Shown here piece by piece: positions 45,147 through 54,259 of a stretch of DNA of 62,967 bases (positions within the stretch are counted from its first letter, which is position 1; each line of letters opens with the position of its first letter). A model generated the notes under the pieces. The model was not told the origin of the DNA. It worked only from the letters and a program-made list of their open reading frames with translations, and ran no database searches. The stretch is from Chloroflexota bacterium (lineage in GTDB: Bacteria > Chloroflexota > Dehalococcoidia > GIF9 > UBA5629). The position numbers and the translations under genes are program-made. The DNA lies in contig JBBIPA010000003.1 of NCBI GenBank assembly GCA_037443085.1, forward strand, positions 26,534-89,500, in the 5' to 3' direction.

Positions 45147-46097
45147 TTAAGGGGTGGGGAAAAACATATTGAACAAATAAAGCACTACCGGAATCGAGAT
45201 TATGGAGAGAATAAAACTGCTAACGACAAACTGACCAGAGATAACACGGTCACCGCCTGAGCGTTCTGCCAATAATGGGATGGCAGTGATGGGTGGAACC
45301 GCGCTCTGCAGAATAATCAGCAGAGCAATGCCATAATCCGGGCGCAGCAGAATCAACAAGCCCAGGAATACCAGGGGAAACACAATATTTTTAACCAGAG
45401 CAAACTTGATGATTTCCTGGATGTTAAATTGCTTTTGCCTTTTGAAATCCAAGTAGATGTTACCACCAAGAATGATCATGAGCAGCGGTAATGACATTGC
45501 CCCCAGCATCTGGAAAATGGTGATAACAAAGTTGGGCAAATAGATTTGCCATCCCAGCAATCGAATTGCCAGAGCAATCAGTGTGATGATAAGCACCGGG
45601 TTCAGTATTCTTCTCCAGTTCACTTTTTCGGCTTGTTGCTGCTTCCTGAAGAAAAGATAGTATGTACCGAAAACCACTGATGGATGTAAGAACATAAATA
45701 AGAAAAGCTGTACCAGATGCGGTGTCCCTTTCCCAAAAATCCCAGTCAGGATGATCAAGGGAAAAAATAACCCGTTCTGATAAAAAAGACTTATAGCAAA
45801 CTCTCCGCGTGTCTCTTTTTTAGAAATGAACATGGTGATCAGTGACAGCGCAAGAGCAGTGATACTGAAGAAAAGCCACCATAATGGCAATCGCCACCAG
45901 TCTGGGTCTTTCTCCGGCGAGAAATCAAGGATTATGTTAGAAAAAACAAGACAGGGCAATGCGATGTCAATGGCTAATGTGGTGAGAAAGCCCAGTAAAT
46001 TCTCGGGCAAAATCCGCTTGGCGATGATCCAGAATCCTAAAATGCCAATCCCCAGGAGCGCTGCCACCGCTTGAAAGGTAAGTATCAGGATATCCAT
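45147..46097 (-). CDS. AEC (auxin efflux carrier) family permease
   Basis: 316 aa with about 10 TM helices and the typical two-repeat architecture. Confidence 0.75.
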   Translation of the reverse strand: MDILILTFQAVAALLGIGILGFWIIAKRILPENLLGFLTTLAIDIALPCLVFSNIILDFSPEKDPDWWRLPLWWLFFSITALALSLITMFISKKETRGEFAISLFYQNGLFFPLIILTGIFGKGTPHLVQLFLFMFLHPSVVFGTYYLFFRKQQQAEKVNWRRILNPVLIITLIALAIRLLGWQIYLPNFVITIFQMLGAMSLPLLMIILGGNIYLDFKRQKQFNIQEIIKFALVKNIVFPLVFLGLLILLRPDYGIALLIILQSAVPPITAIPLLAERSGGDRVISGQFVVSSFILSIISIPVVLYLFNMFFPTP

Positions 46098-46192
46098 CTC
46101 ACATTACCTCGTTATTATAGCAAAATTGCTCAGCGAAATTTTCTAATTGTCCCAAAAGGCTTTATAATTGAGCAGTTCTCCCATAAAGCTCA

Positions 46193-46930
46193 ATGGAGTC
46201 ACACAAATTGGCTGACTGGCAGGATTTGCAGCAGAATATCGGCATAACCTTCAAAAATACAGCACTGCTCCAGCAGGCATTCCAGCACTCCTCCTTCATT
46301 AATGAAAACCCTGAGTCCGCCACACCGGATAACGAACGGCTCGAATTTCTAGGGGATGCCGTGCTCAACCTTATAGTCGCTGAAAAAATATATCAGGAAT
46401 CTCCGCAATTGACTGAAGGCGAGCTGACCGTCGCTCGCACCTCTCTGATCTGCGAGGATACACTGGCTCAATTAGCCAGAGAGCTTAGACTCGGTGACTA
46501 CCTTCAACTGGGTAAAGGCGAAGAGGCATCAGGAGGACGACAAAGGCAAAGTAGTCTTGCTGATTGCTTCGAAGCCCTGGTCGGTGCTATTTTCCTGGAC
46601 CAGGGGCTGGACGCCGCCAAAAGCTTTGTTTGGCGCAAAATGGATAAGCACCTTGTTAAAACTAAAGCCAGAGGAGCAGGACAAAACTACAAGGCACAGT
46701 TGCAGGAGTTCACTCAAGCCACCTGCAAACAACTGCCGGCTTACCACATTATAGAATCTTCGGGACCAGACCATGACAAACATTTCATCGTGGAGGTAAC
46801 ACTGGAAGGCAAAGTTCTGGGCACTGGGTCAGGCAAGACCAAAAAGGCTGCAGAAATGGCAGCAGCCCGCTCCGCCTGTAAAAATCTAATATCCGGCCAG
46901 GTAAATCAAAATAACATAACCAGACTATGA
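46193..46930 (+). CDS. rnc: Ribonuclease III
   Basis: NERLEFLGDAVL signature, catalytic E...FEALVGAIFLD and a C-terminal dsRBD (GKTKKAAEMAAA). Confidence 0.96.
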   Translation: MESHKLADWQDLQQNIGITFKNTALLQQAFQHSSFINENPESATPDNERLEFLGDAVLNLIVAEKIYQESPQLTEGELTVARTSLICEDTLAQLARELRLGDYLQLGKGEEASGGRQRQSSLADCFEALVGAIFLDQGLDAAKSFVWRKMDKHLVKTKARGAGQNYKAQLQEFTQATCKQLPAYHIIESSGPDHDKHFIVEVTLEGKVLGTGSGKTKKAAEMAAARSACKNLISGQVNQNNITRL

Positions 46931-47572
46931 CGCCGGCTTTAGAACTATAATTTCTGCCGCAGACGGCAATGCACTTGCCGTAAGCTCCACCTCACTGGTA
47001 TCCAGCTTCTTTACACTCTTCTTACCAGCCAGGAAATCATCTACACCAGCAATCGGGAAATCAAGCTGAGGCGTCTTATAGTGCATGGGTACAATCACCT
47101 TCGGCTTTAAATCATTGCACACCTGCGTTGCCATCTTGGCATCGATGGTGTAAAAGCCACCGACAGGAACAAGTAACACATCTACAATGCCTATCTCCTT
47201 AATTTGTCCGCTGTCAAGGGCATGACCCAGATCCCCCAGATGGCAGAGCCTTATTCCATCCACAGCGAAACAGCAGATTATATTGCTTCCGCGCTTTTTC
47301 CCGCTGGAATCATCATGATAAGAACCAATACCTTTAAACTGTATCCCCTTCACTGCTTTTATGCCGCTGCTTTTTATCAGCTCTGGTTTGCCAGCTAACG
47401 ATGCCACGGCATTGTGGTCAAAATGGTCATGGCTCATGGTGACGATATCCGCTGCCTCTTTGATGGGCGCATATCTTACCCCTTGCACAGCACTATAGGG
47501 GTCAGTGATAATTCTGACACCCGTTTTCGAAGTAATCAGAAAACAGGCATGACCCAACCATTTTAACTTCAT
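46925..47572 (-). CDS. MBL-fold metal-dependent hydrolase (UPF0173-like)
   Basis: MKLKWLGHACFLI...SHDHFDH...HLGDLGH motifs. Confidence 0.8.
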   Translation of the reverse strand: MKLKWLGHACFLITSKTGVRIITDPYSAVQGVRYAPIKEAADIVTMSHDHFDHNAVASLAGKPELIKSSGIKAVKGIQFKGIGSYHDDSSGKKRGSNIICCFAVDGIRLCHLGDLGHALDSGQIKEIGIVDVLLVPVGGFYTIDAKMATQVCNDLKPKVIVPMHYKTPQLDFPIAGVDDFLAGKKSVKKLDTSEVELTASALPSAAEIIVLKPAS

Positions 47573-47585
47573 AATGTACCTCCTC

Positions 47586-49094
47586 TCACTTAGTCCGCTT
47601 AGCTGATGCCATAGCTAATTGAACCAGAGTTCGCACACAAACTCCAGTAGCGCCCTTTACCATATAGCCCTGTTCTTTATCGGTATAAAACGTGCCGGCA
47701 ATGTCAATATGCGCCCAAGGAGTATCACCGACAAATTCCGATAGGAATTGTGCAGCCGTAATGGCACCACCCCATCTACCCCCACTGTTCTTTATATCGG
47801 CTACATCACTCTTGTTGGCCTCTTTATACTCCTCATACATCGGCAATTGCCATAAACGCTCACCAGCATCAGCACCCGCCTTAATTACCTTATCCACAAA
47901 CTCCTGATTATTGGTGAAAATCCCGCTGCAAACATCTCCCAGGGCAATATGGCAGGCGCCGGTTAATGTCGCTATATCTATCAGCGGTGAGAGCTTTTGC
48001 TTCATTGCATAGCTCAAAGCATCTGCCAGAATCAGCCGCCCCTCAGCATCGGTATTGACCACTTCAATAGTCTTTCCATTAAGTGCCTTAAGCACATCTC
48101 CAGGCTTGAGCGCTTTGCCGCTGGGCAGGTTTTCTGTAGCAGGAACAACAGCGGTAACATTGACCCTCAATCTCAACTGGGCAACGGCGCTTAGAGCAGC
48201 CATCACAATAGCACCGCCTGACATATCCCCCTTCATCTCATGCATATTCTCTGACGGCTTGAGGGAAATACCTCCAGAATCGAAGGTAATTCCTTTGCCT
48301 AACAAACCCATAGCCTCGTTAGAGCTTTTATCGCCTTTATAACTAAGCAGTATCAATTTTGGTGGTTGCTCACTACCCTGTGCCACACCCAACAGGGCAC
48401 CCATCCCCAGCTTCTTCATCTGCTCCCTGTCCAGAATAGCCAAATCTAAAGCATATGTCCTCGCCAGCCGCTCGGCTACCTTTGCCATGTCAGTCGGCGT
48501 CATATAGTTAGCTGGCTCATTCACCAAATCCCGGGCCAGATTAGCTGCCTCAGCCAGTATCTTTCCTCGATGACAACCCTGCTCCAACTGTTTCTTCCGA
48601 GCAACATCACGCTCAACAATCATAAGCTGGTCGATATCTTTATAGTCAGGCTCTTTGGTAATATGTTTTCGAAAGCTGTACAATCCCATGATACTCCCCT
48701 CGGCTATGGCTTGCGCTGCCTCCTCATAAGTAATTCCGCCGGCACCAGCACCGTGGAGTATCGTGGCTATCTGCTGGCAATTCAGTTTTCGCAGCGTACG
48801 ACAAGCCTGTGCCACGATTCTGCGTGTCTTATCGACACTAAAATCAGCCTGCTTGCCCAAACCCACTATTGCCACAATGCGTGCCGGGAGCTTGCCCAGT
48901 GTGTGAATGATACTTATCTCGGAAAGCTTGCCTTTTATTTCCCCGTGGTCAATGAGCTTGCTTATAGCTCCATTGAGAGCCTTATCTACAGCCCCCATGG
49001 CACCACCAGGTCGTTCCACTCCCTCAAAAAGGTTGACCACGATAGCGTCAGCTTTTACCCTGGTAATATCTCCGATGACAACCTTTATCTGCAT
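47586..49094 (-). CDS. pepA: Leucyl aminopeptidase (M17)
   Basis: 502 aa with GKGITFDSGG, MKGDMSGGA, NTDAEGRLILAD. Confidence 0.95.
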   Translation of the reverse strand: MQIKVVIGDITRVKADAIVVNLFEGVERPGGAMGAVDKALNGAISKLIDHGEIKGKLSEISIIHTLGKLPARIVAIVGLGKQADFSVDKTRRIVAQACRTLRKLNCQQIATILHGAGAGGITYEEAAQAIAEGSIMGLYSFRKHITKEPDYKDIDQLMIVERDVARKKQLEQGCHRGKILAEAANLARDLVNEPANYMTPTDMAKVAERLARTYALDLAILDREQMKKLGMGALLGVAQGSEQPPKLILLSYKGDKSSNEAMGLLGKGITFDSGGISLKPSENMHEMKGDMSGGAIVMAALSAVAQLRLRVNVTAVVPATENLPSGKALKPGDVLKALNGKTIEVVNTDAEGRLILADALSYAMKQKLSPLIDIATLTGACHIALGDVCSGIFTNNQEFVDKVIKAGADAGERLWQLPMYEEYKEANKSDVADIKNSGGRWGGAITAAQFLSEFVGDTPWAHIDIAGTFYTDKEQGYMVKGATGVCVRTLVQLAMASAKRTK

Positions 49095-49143
49095 CTTATT
49101 TCCTCCTGCATACCTAAATACTATTGGGAAATACTTACCAACT

Positions 49144-49731
49144 TCACCGCCTTAGTAGGCGTAATATTTTATCAATCACCGGAGTGATATCCCGTGCTGT
49201 ATCCACCACCAGATGGCTGCGCTTGATTTTCCCGGCTGCCGGCTTCATCCTCTGGTAAATGTTCCAATCAGCATCAGACTTATTTTCCTGTTCGCTGCCG
49301 TTATGGCGATTCTGCAATCTCTGGTAGACCAGTTCAGGTGGAGCTTCAACGCTTACCAGGATAAGCTTTGCCCCGGTTTTGTCAGCAATACGATAGAGAC
49401 GCTCCCTGTGATGCTCTACCAGATTGGTGGCATCAAATATTATAGGTATCCCTTTCTGTAACAGCTCCTCGACCAGACCATGGAGAGCTCTGAACAGGCG
49501 CGTGTTTTCTTCAGCGCTGTAATTTGGGGCTGAGAACAGAACCTTACGCATGACATCGCTCTCTATGATGAGAAAAGGCGCTTTCTCGGCTAGCTTGTGG
49601 CAGAAAAATGATTTGCCGGTACCGGGAAGGCCGCTCACCACCACCAAAGCTGGAGCCGCCACCGGCTCTGAAAGCTCTGTCAAACTTTGCCTGAGGCAAT
49701 CTACATCGTGGTTTAACTGTACTTGGTTCAT
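49144..49731 (-). CDS. P-loop kinase-like ATPase (AAA_33 / zeta-toxin-like fold)
   Basis: 195 aa with Walker A VVSGLPGTGKSF and DATN. Confidence 0.65.
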   Translation of the reverse strand: MNQVQLNHDVDCLRQSLTELSEPVAAPALVVVSGLPGTGKSFFCHKLAEKAPFLIIESDVMRKVLFSAPNYSAEENTRLFRALHGLVEELLQKGIPIIFDATNLVEHHRERLYRIADKTGAKLILVSVEAPPELVYQRLQNRHNGSEQENKSDADWNIYQRMKPAAGKIKRSHLVVDTARDITPVIDKILRLLRR

Positions 49732-49791
49732 GCGCCTTGAAAAATTATAAGCTATTTCCCAAATCTACGCTAATATTTTAAATTTCGCAGA

Positions 49792-50798
49792 TTGGAGTCC
49801 CAGTCTTTGGTCAAAGAAATCTTACCAAATCTCTACCGAATTGAAATCCCAATCCTAACAATCCGCTGAAAGTGCTAAACTCCTACCTGATAAAAGCACC
49901 GGAACGCTCTCTCATCGACACTGGCATGAATCGAGAGGAGTGCGCCCGCGCCATGGCATCCGGGCTAGCAGAGCTATGTGTTGATTTAAACAGAACAGAT
50001 TTTTTATTACCCGCCTTCATGCTTACTATGCTGGGCTGACAGGTCATCTGGCCTCCAGTACCTCAAAAAAGCTATTTTAATGAAACAGATGCCTCTATAG
50101 TCAACAGGGGGCTAAGTGAGGATGAATGTGAGGAAGATAGCAAGCTCTATAGAGCGCATGGCTTCCCGGAAGATGAACTGGAAAAGGCAATAGCATCACA
50201 TCCCGGCAGGCGTTATAGCGCAAAGAGAAGAATAGCCTCTCATATTGTAAGGGAAGACGACCGCGTAGATATCGGTGATTATTCCTTCCAGTGTATTCCA
50301 ACACCAGTCCATATCCCGGGGCATATGCGCCTCTATGAATCTGATAGGAAAATTCTCATTTCTGGAGACCACATCCTTTTCGATATCACTCCCAACATCA
50401 GTTTCTGGACTGATTCCAAGAATCCACCAAAAGTATACCTGCCGAGCCTGGAGAAAGTGCTAGCACTCGATATGGACCTGATATTGCCAGGGCATCGGCG
50501 TATCTGGAATAGTCATAAGAACACAATTACAGAACTCAAGGCACATCACCAGGCCAGATTGAATAAAGTCCTCTTCACTCTTAGGGATGGTACCAAGACT
50601 GCATACCAGATAGCTCCTTCCATTACCTGGGATATTGACTATGCCTCGTGGGACGCTTTCCCGCCGCAGCAAAAATGGTTCGCCCTGGGAGAAACAGCAG
50701 CCCAGGTCGAATGCTTGGAACAAACCAATGCTGTGTACAGAAAAAATCAAGAACGGCACAAGACCTGCTCGCCTCAAAGTGATAAGCAAAGTTGGTAA
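49792..50798 (+). pseudogene. Decayed MBL-fold hydrolase gene (at least 3 frameshifts; metal-binding motif lost)
   Basis: Three-frame reading reconstructs VKEILPNLYRIEIP..NPLKVLNSYLIKAPERSLIDTGMN..DFFITRLHAYYAGL..YFNETD...PTPVHIPGHMRLYES..ISGDHILF. Frame changes occur at 49854-49855, the T-run 50000-50005 and the A-run 50065-50070. TRLHAYYAG replaces THxHxDHxG. Only the last 157 aa form an ORF (50325-50798). Confidence 0.8.
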
Positions 50799-50857
50799 CC
50801 AAAATCAACCATTTAAGGTTGTTTCAGTAACGGCACCGTGCTATAATCCATCCGCAA

Positions 50858-50931
50858 TGGGGATTAGTCTAGCGGTAGGACAGCGGACTCTGGATCCGTG
50901 AGGCCAGGTTCGAATCCTGGATCCCCAGCCA
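50858..50931 (+). tRNA. tRNA-Gln (anticodon CTG), CCA encoded
   Basis: Acceptor TGGGGAT/ATCCCCA, anticodon loop CTCTGGA, GGTTCGAATCC T-loop. Confidence 0.92.
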
Positions 50932-51027
50932 AATATAAATCGCTCTGCATGGTCTATTCACAACGTAGTTGGCCTTTCCCCTAAAGTCTACTGAAAAACA
51001 GTGCTGCTTGCCATAATATTGTAAAAC

Positions 51028-51765
51028 ATGTCAGACATTGTAGCAGGTCGGAATCTCGTAATCGAAGCGCTCAAGGCTGGTCGTCCCCTTAACAAGGTGC
51101 TGCTTGCCCATACTACCGGGCACCATCCCACGATCGCCAAGATAATACATCTTTCCCGATCCAAGGGAATACCTGTAGAGTATGTGTCCCGGGAGGTCAT
51201 TGATAAGCTAAGCACAACTGGTAGTCATCAAGGGATTATTGCTTACGTTGCGGTTAAGGGATATATAACTCTGGATGACTTAATGGCTATTTCGAGAGGA
51301 AGAAATGAGCCGCCTTTGTATTGTATTCTAGATGGTATTGAAGATCCACATAATCTGGGAGCGATTATCCGAACTGCAGAAGCGAGCGGTGTTCATGGCG
51401 TGGTTATTCGTTCGAGGAGAGCGGTGGGACTTACTGCCTCCGTAGCTAAGGCATCGGCTGGGGCAGTAGAATATGTGCCGGTGGCAAAGGTGCCTAACAT
51501 TTCTCAGGCAATCGAGACACTGAAGAAAAGCAATGTCTGGGTTATTGGCATTGATGCTGCTGCCGAAATTGATTACAGTAAGGCGGATTTCAAGCTGCCG
51601 ACAGCGATTGTCATAGGCAGCGAGGGCAAGGGACTATCCGATTTAGTCCGGAAAAGGTGTGATTATCTAGCGTCCATCCCGATGAAAGGGAGAATTACCT
51701 CGCTCAATGCTTCTATCGCTGCGGCATTGATAATGTATGAAGCGTTGCGACAAAGACGTAGATAG
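51028..51765 (+). CDS. rlmB: 23S rRNA (guanosine-2'-O)-methyltransferase RlmB (SpoU/TrmH family)
   Basis: N-terminal L30e-like substrate-binding domain. SpoU motifs LDGIEDPHNLGAIIRTA, VIGSEGKGL, IPMKGRITSLNAS. Confidence 0.9.
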   Translation: MSDIVAGRNLVIEALKAGRPLNKVLLAHTTGHHPTIAKIIHLSRSKGIPVEYVSREVIDKLSTTGSHQGIIAYVAVKGYITLDDLMAISRGRNEPPLYCILDGIEDPHNLGAIIRTAEASGVHGVVIRSRRAVGLTASVAKASAGAVEYVPVAKVPNISQAIETLKKSNVWVIGIDAAAEIDYSKADFKLPTAIVIGSEGKGLSDLVRKRCDYLASIPMKGRITSLNASIAAALIMYEALRQRRR

Positions 51766-52899
51766 TCATTTGCCCCATGAGATTTCTCCCGGTTCTTTTA
51801 TGATAGGAATACCAGCAAAAAGCAGGCCATATTTATCATTGAGGAGCTTATCTGGATTGATTTCAGGTGCAGCGGATATAGAGCCTTGATAGCATATCTC
51901 CTGACACAGGTTACACTTAGTGCAACTTGATAACTGGAAGGTGATAGCAACTTTTTCTGCCTTATCAATCTTTTTTAATGCGCTAGTAGGGCAGAAATAG
52001 GCGCACATGCCACAACCGGTGCAACTGGCATCGATTTTTAGCTGGTAAAAGGGAAGATTATCTGCATTCATAGCAGCGCAAGTAGGCCTCCCCAGCTTCT
52101 TTATTGAATGTAGGAGCAGCTTGCGTTTTAAGGGCAGATAAAAAGGCAGTCCTGACTTTCTTATCTCTGCTTTACCGGTATTTTCATCATTATTGATGAG
52201 GCTGCTGGCGGCTAGAACAGTTGCCCTTGTCGTCCCTTGAGTCAGGGCTTTGAAAAAATCACGACGAGAATATCGTTTGCTTAAATCTGATGCAGGAACT
52301 GTTACCTTCCCCTCTTTTTTCCCCAATATCGGTGTTTTCGCCAAAAAATAAATCCTCTCGGAAATTCCAAACATACCGAGCATATTGCTGGCAATAACTG
52401 CAGTCTGCTGAACGATACTCCACCCTGATTTAAGGTCGCAGTGACGGCAGAAAGCATCAGCTAATCCCACTGCTTCAGCGCTGAGAGAAATGCTGCCCAC
52501 CAGTATAGATTCATCGATTCTGCCCAGGCAAGGAACGGTCACGATATTGTGATTGATGCTGGTGATATCAAGTTCCTGCTGGTATTTGGAACAGGCAAAG
52601 ATAATGTGGCGTTGATGCTGTAAACCTGCGGCAATTTTCTGAAGCAGAACTTCGTTGGATGGCGTATTTGCCTCAAAAACGCCATTGGGGCAAACAGTGG
52701 CACAGATGCCACAGTAAATACACTTATCAGCATCGATGTTGGGCTCTCCCCAGCTTATAGCGCCTGTTGGGCAGCAGGTGACGCAGAGCCGGCATTTCGA
52801 TAGCTGATGCCTGAGCCGGGAGCATTGCAGAGGACGAACATGGAGTGCCTTGCTTTCTAAAGACTCCATTGCTTGTATAAAAAGCTCGATGCTGAGCAT
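51766..52899 (-). CDS. Multi-cluster 4Fe-4S ferredoxin-domain protein with an internal Tat-like SRRDFFK motif
   Basis: 377 aa with CxxCxxCxxxCP-type motifs at both ends (CIYCGICATVCP, CTGCGMCAYFCP, CTKCNLCQEIC) and SRRDFFKALTQG at residues 211-222. Confidence 0.7.
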   Translation of the reverse strand: MLSIELFIQAMESLESKALHVRPLQCSRLRHQLSKCRLCVTCCPTGAISWGEPNIDADKCIYCGICATVCPNGVFEANTPSNEVLLQKIAAGLQHQRHIIFACSKYQQELDITSINHNIVTVPCLGRIDESILVGSISLSAEAVGLADAFCRHCDLKSGWSIVQQTAVIASNMLGMFGISERIYFLAKTPILGKKEGKVTVPASDLSKRYSRRDFFKALTQGTTRATVLAASSLINNDENTGKAEIRKSGLPFYLPLKRKLLLHSIKKLGRPTCAAMNADNLPFYQLKIDASCTGCGMCAYFCPTSALKKIDKAEKVAITFQLSSCTKCNLCQEICYQGSISAAPEINPDKLLNDKYGLLFAGIPIIKEPGEISWGK

Positions 52900-52979
52900 G
52901 GTAGCCTATCTGATGACTAATCCAGGTGTATCTTTTTTGACATCTGCGTTTTCCTGCGGGAGTCCAATTCGCCAGTGTA

Positions 52980-53867
52980 CTATTTTTGCAATAGACAGTA
53001 ACCGATAAGCTTATAGGCGAGTTTAGCCACAAGAAAGGCACAGGCGGCGGAACCTTCACTGGGACAAAGCTCCATTAAATCAAACCCGACGACATGTTTT
53101 TGCCTGGCTATGGTCTTCAACATAGTCAACACCTCTGTCCACTGCATACCGCCCGGTTCAGGAGTGCCTACTGCTGACATAATTGAGGGGTCAAAAACAT
53201 CGAGGTCAATTGATATGTAGATATCGTTGCTGAGCGAATTTAATATCGGCGATATGGTCGATAAGTCGGGCGTTAGTGCCGGGCTGTAAAATGGTTGCAT
53301 ATTGTTCTGGTCTAAGAATTGCTTCTCTTCCAGGCTCAGGCTTCGTATGCCTACCTGGGTAATCGGGCAGTATTCCAACGCGCGGCGCATGACGCAGGCA
53401 TTGTTGTACCTTGTTCCCAGATACTCATTGCGGAGGTCAGCGTGGGCATCCAGTTGCAAAACGGAGAGGTGCTTATGTCTTTCTTTAAGAGCTCTGATTA
53501 TTCCCAGGCTAAGTGAATGTTCGCCACCTAGCAAGACTATAAATTTATCCTGTTCGATGAGGTTTCTGGCTACTGTGTAGACCCTGTGTATCATATCCTC
53601 AGGACTGCTTAGCACGGGTTGTAGTGCAGGCAAGGTATGTATGCCCACTTCATGAATTTCCTGTTCTAGTTCCATGTCATAGAGCTCCAGATATGGCGAG
53701 GCATTGATGATAGCCTGAGGGCCTTCACGAGTGCCACTACGCCATTCAGTAGTACCATCGTAGGGCACTGGCAAGATCACCGCTCTGGCGGTTTCAAAAT
53801 CGGAGTATGGTGGAGATAAACCGGCGAAGTTCGGGGATGGCAAAAACAGGCCTTCTAAGTTGTTCAT
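52980..53867 (-). CDS. speB: Agmatinase (ureohydrolase family)
   Basis: 295 aa with GGEHS, LDAHADL, SIDLDVFDP and EL..S Mn-binding motifs. Confidence 0.88.
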   Translation of the reverse strand: MNNLEGLFLPSPNFAGLSPPYSDFETARAVILPVPYDGTTEWRSGTREGPQAIINASPYLELYDMELEQEIHEVGIHTLPALQPVLSSPEDMIHRVYTVARNLIEQDKFIVLLGGEHSLSLGIIRALKERHKHLSVLQLDAHADLRNEYLGTRYNNACVMRRALEYCPITQVGIRSLSLEEKQFLDQNNMQPFYSPALTPDLSTISPILNSLSNDIYISIDLDVFDPSIMSAVGTPEPGGMQWTEVLTMLKTIARQKHVVGFDLMELCPSEGSAACAFLVAKLAYKLIGYCLLQK

Positions 53868-54259
53868 CGTGAGCTTAGCAATGTTATCTTCTCAGTTCCT
53901 TTGAAGTCTGCGGAATTCCAATCCCTGTTTACCAGATAGCTTTTGTATTTAGTAAGCTGTAGCTTTTGCTGAAAATATTCCAGTGCTTTATCAGTATCAA
54001 AGTCACGGCAGGAAAATACGTCGATATTGATGAAAGCAAACTCTACAAAAGTATGAAAACTGATGTGGCTTTCAGCTATAAAAACGAATCCGGAGATTCC
54101 CCACTCTTTGGGCTTATCTCCAGCATACCGGAAAGTGAAGGGCTCGGTGATTTTGGTCATGCCTATTTGAGAAGGAAGAGAATCAAGCATCTCACGAAGA
54201 AGTCCTTCGTCCTGCAGGATTTGTTTATTGCTACTGTAACCATCGATAATCAGGTGCAT
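53864..54259 (-). CDS. speH: Pyruvoyl-dependent S-adenosylmethionine decarboxylase family proenzyme (SpeH-like; substrate could be SAM or arginine)
   Basis: 131 aa with the self-cleavage motif FIAESHISFHTF and DVFSC. The stop overlaps the speB start by 4 nt. Confidence 0.8.
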   Translation of the reverse strand: MHLIIDGYSSNKQILQDEGLLREMLDSLPSQIGMTKITEPFTFRYAGDKPKEWGISGFVFIAESHISFHTFVEFAFINIDVFSCRDFDTDKALEYFQQKLQLTKYKSYLVNRDWNSADFKGTEKITLLSSR

